Positions 1 to 7,239 of a stretch of DNA of 7,258 nucleotides are shown piece by piece. A model generated the notes under the pieces. It was not told the origin of the DNA. It saw only the letters and a program-made list of their open reading frames with translations, and did no database searches. This DNA is from Buchnera aphidicola str. APS (Acyrthosiphon pisum) (GTDB lineage: Bacteria; Pseudomonadota; Gammaproteobacteria; Enterobacterales; Enterobacteriaceae), in the NCBI RefSeq assembly GCF_000009605.1, contig NC_002252.1:1-7258 (forward strand), given 5' to 3'. The first letter of the stretch is position 1; each line of letters starts with the position of its first letter. Both the position numbers and the translations under genes were made by a program.

Positions 1-6
1 ATTTTT

Positions 7-1566
7 TTGATTGAAAAGAGACGTAAATTAATACAAAAAAAGGCTAATTATCACTCTGATCCTACAACAGTTTTTAATCATCTTTGTGGATCAAGACCCG
101 CAACATTATTACTGGAAACAGCAGAAGTTAATAAAAAAAATAATTTAGAAAGTATAATGATTGTCGATAGCGCGATACGCGTCTCTGCTGTCAAGAATTC
201 AGTTAAGATTACTGCGCTCTCTGAAAACGGAGCAGAGATATTATCTATTTTAAAAGAAAACCCTCATAAAAAAATAAAATTTTTTGAAAAAAACAAAAGT
301 ATCAACTTGATCTTTCCCTCTTTAGACAACAATCTTGATGAAGATAAAAAAATTTTTTCTTTATCAGTATTTGATTCTTTCAGATTCATTATGAAATCTG
401 TTAACAACACAAAAAGAACAAGTAAAGCAATGTTTTTTGGCGGATTGTTTTCTTATGATCTTATTTCTAATTTTGAATCGTTGCCGAATGTAAAGAAAAA
501 ACAAAAATGCCCGGATTTTTGTTTTTATTTAGCAGAAACATTACTTGTTGTAGATCATCAAAAAAAAACATGTTTGATTCAAAGCAGTTTATTTGGCAGA
601 AATGTAGATGAAAAAAATAGAATTAAAAAAAGAACAGAAGAAATAGAAAAGAAACTGGAAGAAAAATTGACATCCATTCCTAAAAATAAGACAACTGTAC
701 CAGTTCAATTGACTTCCAATATAAGTGATTTTCAATATTCATCTACAATAAAAAAATTACAAAAATTAATTCAAAAAGGTGAAATTTTCCAAGTCGTGCC
801 CTCTCGAAAGTTTTTTTTGCCTTGTGACAATTCATTATCAGCATATCAAGAATTAAAAAAAAGCAATCCCAGTCCCTATATGTTTTTTATGCAAGATGAA
901 GATTTCATACTATTCGGTGCATCTCCAGAAAGTTCTTTAAAATATGATGAAAAAAATAGACAAATTGAGCTCTATCCTATTGCTGGAACCAGACCCAGAG
1001 GTAGAAAAAAAGACGGAACTTTAGATCTCGATTTAGACAGCAGAATAGAACTTGAAATGAGAACTAATCATAAAGAACTTGCTGAACATTTGATGCTGGT
1101 TGACTTAGCAAGAAATGATCTTGCACGTATTTGTGAGCCGGGATCTAGATATGTTTCCGATCTAGTTAAGGTGGATAAATATTCGCACGTGATGCATTTG
1201 GTTTCTAAAGTAGTGGGGCAATTAAAATATGGTTTAGATGCGCTTCACGCATATTCCTCTTGTATGAATATGGGGACATTAACTGGTGCACCCAAAGTTC
1301 GAGCGATGCAATTAATTGCTGAATATGAAGGGGAAGGGAGAGGAAGTTACGGCGGCGCTATAGGTTATTTTACTGATTTAGGAAATTTAGATACTTGCAT
1401 CACAATACGTTCAGCTTATGTGGAATCAGGTGTCGCAACAATTCAAGCAGGAGCCGGTGTTGTTTTTAATTCAATACCTGAAGACGAAGTGAAAGAGAGT
1501 TTAAACAAGGCGCAAGCTGTAATAAATGCTATAAAAAAAGCACATTTTACAATGGGATCCTCTTAA
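7..1566 (+). CDS. trpE: Anthranilate synthase component I (TrpE), full-length copy
   Basis: 519-aa ORF strongly resembling enterobacterial TrpE along its length: [133 protein letters not shown]. The start at 7 is a TTG codon and the true start is uncertain. Confidence 0.97.
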   Translation: MIEKRRKLIQKKANYHSDPTTVFNHLCGSRPATLLLETAEVNKKNNLESIMIVDSAIRVSAVKNSVKITALSENGAEILSILKENPHKKIKFFEKNKSINLIFPSLDNNLDEDKKIFSLSVFDSFRFIMKSVNNTKRTSKAMFFGGLFSYDLISNFESLPNVKKKQKCPDFCFYLAETLLVVDHQKKTCLIQSSLFGRNVDEKNRIKKRTEEIEKKLEEKLTSIPKNKTTVPVQLTSNISDFQYSSTIKKLQKLIQKGEIFQVVPSRKFFLPCDNSLSAYQELKKSNPSPYMFFMQDEDFILFGASPESSLKYDEKNRQIELYPIAGTRPRGRKKDGTLDLDLDSRIELEMRTNHKELAEHLMLVDLARNDLARICEPGSRYVSDLVKVDKYSHVMHLVSKVVGQLKYGLDALHAYSSCMNMGTLTGAPKVRAMQLIAEYEGEGRGSYGGAIGYFTDLGNLDTCITIRSAYVESGVATIQAGAGVVFNSIPEDEVKESLNKAQAVINAIKKAHFTMGSS

Positions 1567-1568
1567 GA

Positions 1569-2171
1569 ATGGCAAATATTTTACTGTTAGACAACATAGA
1601 CTCATTCACCTATAATTTAGTTGAACAACTGAGAAATCAAAAAAACAATGTTTTAGTTTATCGTAATACAGTGAGTATTGATATTATTTTCAATTCCCTT
1701 AAAAAATTAACACATCCGATTTTAATGCTGTCGCCCGGACCTAGTTTGCCGAAACACGCAGGATGCATGTTAGATTTAATAAAAAAAGTCAAGGGGGACA
1801 TTCCTATAGTAGGAATTTGTTTAGGTCATCAAGCAATAGTAGAAGCGTATGGCGGCATTATCGGATATGCAGGTGAAATATTCCATGGCAAAGCATCATT
1901 AATCCGCCATGATGGTTTAGAGATGTTTGAGGGTGTACCGCAACCACTACCTGTTGCTCGATACCATTCCTTAATTTGCAACAAAATTCCGGAGAAATTT
2001 GTCATTAATTCCTATTTTGAAAAAATGATTATGTCTGTAAGAAACAATTGTGATCGTGTTTGCGGCTTTCAATTTCATCCTGAATCTATTTTAACAACAC
2101 ATGGAGACCAAATATTAGAAAAAATTATTCATTGGGCGTCTTTAAAATATATCACAAACAAGAAACAATAA
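1569..2171 (+). CDS. trpG: Anthranilate synthase component II (TrpG), stand-alone class I glutamine amidotransferase
   Basis: 200-aa ORF beginning 2 nt after the trpE stop: MANILLLDNIDSFTYNL, nucleophile motif GICLGHQAIVEAYGG, HGKAS, ARYHSL, and FQFHPESILTT with catalytic His/Glu. It ends before any phosphoribosyltransferase domain. Confidence 0.98.
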   Translation: MANILLLDNIDSFTYNLVEQLRNQKNNVLVYRNTVSIDIIFNSLKKLTHPILMLSPGPSLPKHAGCMLDLIKKVKGDIPIVGICLGHQAIVEAYGGIIGYAGEIFHGKASLIRHDGLEMFEGVPQPLPVARYHSLICNKIPEKFVINSYFEKMIMSVRNNCDRVCGFQFHPESILTTHGDQILEKIIHWASLKYITNKKQ

Positions 2172-2205
2172 AAAAAAAGATTCTACTCAAACGAGTCGTT
2201 TTTTT
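2172..2205 (+). terminator. Candidate rho-independent terminator downstream of trpG (unit 1)
   Basis: A-tract, GATTC (2179-2183), 9-nt loop, GAGTC (2193-2197; pairs with one G-U wobble), then G and T7 (2199-2205). The flanking A and T tracts can extend the stem. The hairpin starts immediately after the trpG stop. Confidence 0.6.
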
Positions 2206-2234
2206 AAATTCCATATCCCTTTTTATAACACTGA

Positions 2235-2737
2235 ATCCTCCTGCGTCATCGCATTACACAATTCAACATCCAGACGTGCCTGAAAACAAAAACATACAAC
2301 AATGATTCTCATGCAATTGGAATGACAAAATCAAATATACACAATGAAAATTTTTTAATAAAACCCGTACCGAAATTATTGAAAAGAAGTTTTAAAACAG
2401 TGTTAATGTTCCCAAAAACAGGAGGAAAAATCACAAAAAATACATTAGAAAAAATAGAAAGTATGAAAAAGAGAAAATTATTCAAGGAAAGGTGGGTGTA
2501 ATTTTTACTTCATACAAACCACAACAAGAATTGATTAAAACTGGTCATCGAGGTGAATACAGATATCAAATTAAATGAAAGAATTGGTCGAAATCTGTGA
2601 CTGTCAATACTGGAATGTATCTCAGAAAATAAGTCAAACTTTATCACGATGGGTATTTTTTCATTAATAGAGATTATCAAACCGACATAAAAAAAGGGGG
2701 AGCGATTTTAAGTACTATGTCACTTTTGTATGCATGA
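2235..2737 (+). pseudogene. Possible decayed, unidentified protein gene in the intergenic region (unit 1)
   Basis: Open frame 2235-2501, including an ATG ORF 2322-2501: MTKSNIHNENFLIKPVPKLLKRSFKTVLMFPKTGGKITKNTLEKIESMKKRKLFKERWV. It overlaps a second frame encoding GVIFTSYKPQQELIKTGHRGEYRYQIK*KNWSKSVTVNTGMYLRK*VKLYHDGYFFINRDYQTDIKKGGAILSTMSLLYA* (2498-2737), broken by stops at 2576 and 2630. Translated by hand; no family recognised. Confidence 0.35.
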
Positions 2738-2762
2738 GTCTAAATGACTCGACTTTAAATCG
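2703..2762. repeat. Nested inverted repeat (unit 1)
   Basis: Outer arms CGATTTTAAGT (2703-2713) and ACTTTAAATCG (2752-2762), 10 of 11 complementary. Inner perfect arms GAGTC (2736-2740) and GACTC (2746-2750). Confidence 0.55.
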
Positions 2763-3156
2763 GTCTTGTCAGCCTCATAAGCACGCTGTATGTGTGTAAA
2801 TTTGTGCTCCATTAGAAAGAAAATACATTTGGTAAAGGGGAGGAGAAGACTAGCGGTGACTGTCGGATCCAAGAGCATCATCAATCTTCTTATAGATCGC
2901 TCTTCTATCAGTTTTCTAAAAAGCAGTTCTCAAAATTTAAGTGAACTCCCTGTCTGAAAAATATATGAGTCCCGGAAAACGCACTTCAATCACCAATAAA
3001 AGATAATTCATGATTCTGAGACAGATGAAAACAAAAGTTGGACAAACAATGATAGAGATAAAATATCTCCATATAAAAATTTTATAAAATGAACTGTTGT
3101 CAGTCATACAAAACAATTCAATAAAAAGGAAAAAATGAAAATTTTTTTCTAAAAAG

Positions 3157-3165
3157 TTATCCACA
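3157..3165 (+). promoter_or_regulatory. DnaA box (TTATCCACA), probable replication origin element, unit 1
   Basis: Exact match to the consensus R-type DnaA box, next to long A/T tracts (3248-3266) and repeats. A one-mismatch box, TTATCCCCA, lies on the minus strand at 3305-3313. Confidence 0.7.
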
Positions 3166-3278
3166 GTTTCTGTCTACAAGTGAATTTTAAAAAATATGAA
3201 ATTTTAAGATAAATTCCAAAACAAAATACTCTAACATTATGTTTTTTATAAAAAAATTTTTTTTTTAATTCATACAAT

Positions 3279-3300
3279 ACATGTTGATAACATGTTCATA
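3279..3300 (+). repeat. Two adjacent 11-bp direct repeats overlapping a palindrome (iteron-like), unit 1
   Basis: ACATGTTGATA (3279-3289) followed directly by ACATGTTCATA (3290-3300). ACATGTT-gat-AACATGT forms a perfect inverted repeat at 3279-3295. Confidence 0.65.
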
Positions 3301-3316
3301 AGTCTGGGGATAAGTT

Positions 3317-3332
3317 TTGTATATATATACAA
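3317..3332. repeat. 16-bp perfect palindrome TTGTATATATATACAA, unit 1
   Basis: Self-complementary sequence beside the iteron-like repeats and the second DnaA-like site. Confidence 0.6.
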
Positions 3333-3580
3333 GACACTTTCCGATACATAGGAATCTTACGCGGAAAAAAGAAAAACATTAAAAACAATAAATTAATTAA
3401 GATTAGCATTCTTTAAAAATCCTTTTAAAAGAAAAAAACAAATACATGTATTATATATAAGGTTTTTAATTGTTATTGTTGTTTTGTATTATACTATTAA
3501 TTAGTATCACTTTATTTAACATATTTATTAAATACTTAAATATATATTATACATTTTTTGTAAAATCAAAAATGATATTA

Positions 3581-3609
3581 TTGCTTTAATTTAAAAAGTT
3601 AGTTATTAT
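3581..3609 (+). promoter_or_regulatory. Candidate sigma70-type promoter upstream of trpE copy 2
   Basis: TTGCTT (3581-3586), 17-bp spacer, TATTAT (3604-3609), shortly before the trpE start region. AT-rich DNA makes chance matches common. Confidence 0.35.
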
Positions 3610-3634
3610 AAAACGAAAATTAGATGAAATTTTT

Positions 3635-5122
3635 TTGATTGAAAAGAGACGTAAATTAATACAAAAAAAGGCTAATTATCACTCTGATCCTACAACAGTT
3701 TTTAATCATCTTTGTGGATCAAGACCCGCAACATTATTACTGGAAACAGCAGAAGTTAATAAAAAAAATAATTTAGAAAGTATAATGATTGTCGATAGCG
3801 CGATACGCGTCTCTGCTGTCAAGAATTCAGTTAAGATTACTGCGCTCTCTGAAAACGGAGCAGAGATATTATCTATTTTAAAAGAAAACCCTCATAAAAA
3901 AATAAAATTTTTTGAAAAAAACAAAAGTATCAACTTGATCTTTCCCTCTTTAGACAACAATCTTGATGAAGATAAAAAAATTTTTTCTTTATCAGTATTT
4001 GATTCTTTCAGATTCATTATGAAATCTGTTAACAACACAAAAAGAACAAGTAAAGCAATGTTTTTTGGCGGATTGTTTTCTTATGATCTTATTTCTAATT
4101 TTGAATCGTTGCCGAATGTAAAGAAAAAACAAAAATGCCCGGATTTTTGTTTTTATTTAGCAGAAACATTACTTGTTGTAGATCATCAAAAAAAAACATG
4201 TTTGATTCAAAGCAGTTTATTTGGCAGAAATGTAGATGAAAAAAATAGAATTAAAAAAAGAACAGAAGAAATAGAAAAGAAACTGGAAGAAAAATTGACA
4301 TCCATTCCTAAAAATAAGACAACTGTACCAGTTCAATTGACTTCCAATATAAGTGATTTTCAATATTCATCTACAATAAAAAAATTACAAAAATTAATTC
4401 AAAAAGGTGAAATTTTCCAAGTCGTGCCCTCTCGAAAGTTTTTTTTGCCTTGTGACAATTCATTATCAGCATATCAAGAATTAAAAAAAAGCAATCCCAG
4501 TCCCTATGTGTTTTTTATGCAAGATGAAGATTTCATACTATTCGGTGCATCTCCAGAAAGTTCTTTAAAATATGATGAAAAAAATAGACAAATTGAGCTC
4601 TATCCTATTGCTGGAACCAGACCCAGAGGTAGAAAAAAAGACGGAACTTTAGATCTCGATTTAGACAGCAGAATAGAACTTGAAATGAGAACTAATCATA
4701 AAGAACTTGCTGAACATTTGATGCTGGTTGACTTAGCAAGAAATGATCTTGCACGTATTTGTGAGCCGGGATCTAGATATGTTTCCGATCTAGTTAAGGT
4801 GGATAAATATTCGCACGTGATGCATTTGGTTTCTAAAGTAGTGGGGCAATTAAAATATGGTTTAGATGCGCTTCACGCATATTCCTCTTGTATGAATATG
4901 GGGACATTAACTGGTGCACCCAAAGTTCGAGCGATGCAATTAATTGCTGAATATGAAGGGGAAGGGAGAGGAAGTTACGGCGGCGCTATAGGTTATTTTA
5001 CTGATTTAGGAAATTTAGATACTTGCATCACAATACGTTCAGCTTATGTGGAATCAGGTGTCGCAACAATTCAAGCAGGAGCCGGTGTTGTTTTTAATTC
5101 ACAATACCTGAAGACGAAGTGA
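3635..5122 (+). CDS. trpE: TrpE copy 2, C-terminally truncated by frameshift (possible pseudogene)
   Basis: Identical to copy 1 except Val for Met at ORF residue 292, and a 2-nt insertion at about 5101-5102. The insertion replaces the last 30 residues ([30 protein letters not shown]) with QYLKTK. Confidence 0.9.
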   Translation: MIEKRRKLIQKKANYHSDPTTVFNHLCGSRPATLLLETAEVNKKNNLESIMIVDSAIRVSAVKNSVKITALSENGAEILSILKENPHKKIKFFEKNKSINLIFPSLDNNLDEDKKIFSLSVFDSFRFIMKSVNNTKRTSKAMFFGGLFSYDLISNFESLPNVKKKQKCPDFCFYLAETLLVVDHQKKTCLIQSSLFGRNVDEKNRIKKRTEEIEKKLEEKLTSIPKNKTTVPVQLTSNISDFQYSSTIKKLQKLIQKGEIFQVVPSRKFFLPCDNSLSAYQELKKSNPSPYVFFMQDEDFILFGASPESSLKYDEKNRQIELYPIAGTRPRGRKKDGTLDLDLDSRIELEMRTNHKELAEHLMLVDLARNDLARICEPGSRYVSDLVKVDKYSHVMHLVSKVVGQLKYGLDALHAYSSCMNMGTLTGAPKVRAMQLIAEYEGEGRGSYGGAIGYFTDLGNLDTCITIRSAYVESGVATIQAGAGVVFNSQYLKTK

Positions 5123-5198
5123 AAGAGAGTTTAAACAAGGCGCAAGCTGTAATAAATGCTATAAAAAAAGCACATTTTACAATGGGATCCTCTTAAGA

Positions 5199-5801
5199 AT
5201 GGCAAATATTTTACTGTTAGACAACATAGACTCATTCACCTATAATTTAGTTGAACAACTGAGAAATCAAAAAAACAATGTTTTAGTTTATCGTAATACA
5301 GTGAGTATTGATATTATTTTCAATTCCCTTAAAAAATTAACACATCCGATTTTAATGCTGTCGCCCGGACCTAGTTTGCCGAAACACGCAGGATGCATGT
5401 TAGATTTAATAAAAAAAGTCAAGGGGGACATTCCTATAGTAGGAATTTGTTTAGGTCATCAAGCAATAGTAGAAGCGTATGGCGGCATTATCGGATATGC
5501 AGGTGAAATATTCCATGGCAAAGCATCATTAATCCGCCATGATGGTTTAGAGATGTTTGAGGGTGTACCGCAACCACTACCTGTTGCTCGATACCATTCC
5601 TTAATTTGCAACAAAATTCCGGAGAAATTTGTCATTAATTCCTATTTTGAAAAAATGATTATGTCTGTAAGAAACAATTGTGATCGTGTTTGCGGCTTTC
5701 AATTTCATCCTGAATCTATTTTAACAACACATGGAGACCAAATATTAGAAAAAATTATTCATTGGGCGTCTTTAAAATATATCACAAACAAGAAACAATA
5801 A
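5199..5801 (+). CDS. trpG: Anthranilate synthase component II (TrpG), copy 2
   Basis: 200-aa protein identical to the product of 1569-2171. Confidence 0.97.
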   Translation: MANILLLDNIDSFTYNLVEQLRNQKNNVLVYRNTVSIDIIFNSLKKLTHPILMLSPGPSLPKHAGCMLDLIKKVKGDIPIVGICLGHQAIVEAYGGIIGYAGEIFHGKASLIRHDGLEMFEGVPQPLPVARYHSLICNKIPEKFVINSYFEKMIMSVRNNCDRVCGFQFHPESILTTHGDQILEKIIHWASLKYITNKKQ

Positions 5802-5836
5802 AAAAAAAAGATTCTACTCAAACGAGTCGTTTTTTT
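5802..5836 (+). terminator. Candidate rho-independent terminator downstream of trpG copy 2
   Basis: Same GATTC/GAGTC hairpin followed by G and T7 as in unit 1, with one extra A in the upstream A-tract. Confidence 0.6.
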
Positions 5837-5865
5837 AAATTCCATATCCCTTTTTATAACACTGA

Positions 5866-6367
5866 ATCCTCCTGCGTCATCGCATTACACAATTCAACAT
5901 CCAGACGTGCCTGAAAACAAAAACATACAACAATGATTCTCATGCAATTGGAATGACAAAATCAAATATACACAATGAAAATTTTTTAATAAAACCGTAC
6001 CCGAAATTATTGAAAAGAAGTTTTAAAACAGTGTTAATGTTCCCAAAAACAGGAGGAAAAATCACAAAAAATACATTAGAAAAAATAGAAAGTATGAAAA
6101 AGAGAAAATTATTCAAGGAAAGGTGGGTGTAATTTTTACTTCATACAAACCACAACAAGAATTGATTAAAACTGGTCATCGAGGTGAATACAGATATCAA
6201 ATTAAATGAAAGAATTGGTCGAAATCTGTGACTGTCAATACAGGAATGTATCTCAGAAAATAAGTCAAACTTTATCACGATGGGTATTTTTTCATTAATA
6301 GAGATTATCAAACCGACATAAAAAAAGGGGGGCGATTTTAAGTACTATGTCACTTTTGTATGCATGA
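5866..6367 (+). pseudogene. Unit 2 copy of the possible decayed intergenic gene
   Basis: Same content as 2235-2737. It contains an intact 59-codon ORF at 5953-6132 with Val->Tyr in PVPK, but a 1-nt deletion near 6330 shifts the downstream frame. Confidence 0.3.
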
Positions 6368-6392
6368 GTCTAAATGACTCGACTTTAAATCG
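6333..6392. repeat. Nested inverted repeat (unit 2)
   Basis: Same outer (10/11) and inner (GAGTC/GACTC, 6366-6380) arms as 2703-2762. Confidence 0.55.
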
Positions 6393-6787
6393 GTCTTGTC
6401 AGCCTCATAAGCACGCTGTATGTGTGTAAATTTGTGCTCCATTAGAAAGAAAATACATTTGGTAAAGGGGAGGAGAAGACTAGCGGTGACTGTCGGATCC
6501 AAGAGCATCATCAATCTTCTTATAGATCGCTCTTCTATCAGTTTTCTAAAAAGCAGTTCTCAAAATTTAAGTGAACTCCCTGTCTGAAAAATATATGAGT
6601 CCCGGAAAACGCACTTCAATCACCAATAAAAGATAATTCATGATTCTGAGACAGATGAAAACAAAAGTTGGACAAACAATGATAGAGATAAAATATCTCC
6701 ATATAAAAATTTTATAAAATGAACTGTTGTCAGTCATACAAAACAATTCAATAAAAAGGAAAAAAATGAAAATTTTTTTCTAAAAAG

Positions 6788-6796
6788 TTATCCACA
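6788..6796 (+). promoter_or_regulatory. DnaA box (TTATCCACA), unit 2
   Basis: Exact consensus match, duplicate of 3157-3165. Confidence 0.7.
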
Positions 6797-6908
6797 GTTT
6801 CTGTCTACAAGTGAATTTTAAAAAATATGAAATTTTAAGATAAATTCCAAAACAAAATACTCTAACATTATGTTTTTTATAAAAAAATTTTTTTTTAATT
6901 CATACAAT

Positions 6909-6930
6909 ACATGTTGATAACATGTTCATA
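6909..6930 (+). repeat. Adjacent 11-bp direct repeats / palindrome (iteron-like), unit 2
   Basis: ACATGTTGATA ACATGTTCATA, duplicate of 3279-3300. Confidence 0.65.
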
Positions 6931-6946
6931 AGTCTGGGGATAAGTT

Positions 6947-6962
6947 TTGTATATATATACAA
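6947..6962. repeat. 16-bp perfect palindrome TTGTATATATATACAA, unit 2
   Basis: Duplicate of 3317-3332. Confidence 0.6.
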
Positions 6963-7210
6963 GACACTTTCCGATACATAGGAATCTTACGCGGAAAAAA
7001 GAAAAACATTAAAAACAATAAATTAATTAAGATTAGCATTCTTTAAAAATCCTTTTAAAAGAAAAAAACAAATACATGTATTATATATAAGGTTTTTAAT
7101 TGTTATTGTTGTTTTGTATTATACTATTAATTAGTATCACTTTATTTAACATATTTATTAAATACTTAAATATATATTATACATTTTTTGTAAAATCAAA
7201 AATGATATTA

Positions 7211-7239
7211 TTGCTTTAATTTAAAAAGTTAGTTATTAT
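7211..7239 (+). promoter_or_regulatory. Candidate promoter for trpE copy 1, across the circular junction
   Basis: TTGCTT (7211-7216), 17-bp spacer, TATTAT (7234-7239). It lies upstream of trpE copy 1 if the molecule is circular. Confidence 0.35.

Larger units (their letters stand above)
1..3628. repeat. Tandem repeat unit 1 of a circular dimeric trpEG plasmid (3628 bp)
   Basis: Position 1 onward recurs from 3629 onward at an offset of 3628-3631 with only about nine small differences, across both coding and intergenic DNA. Confidence 0.97.

Noticed and set aside
2161-2171. Fusion or read-through of trpG into trpD
   Set aside because: trpG ends with TAA followed by a terminator-like hairpin, and no phosphoribosyltransferase motifs occur downstream in any frame I read.
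2937-3164. 75-aa minus-strand ORF (MDNFLEKNFHFFLFIELF…)
   Set aside because: It lacks recognisable homology, overlaps the DnaA box region, and is not retained as an ORF in unit 2, where a 1-nt difference in the A-run near 6760 breaks it. It is likely a chance ORF in AT-rich DNA.
2172-3628. CRISPR array, transposon ends or toxin-antitoxin system in the intergenic DNA
   Set aside because: No regularly spaced repeats, transposase-like ORFs or paired small ORFs were found. The repeats present are short and origin-like.
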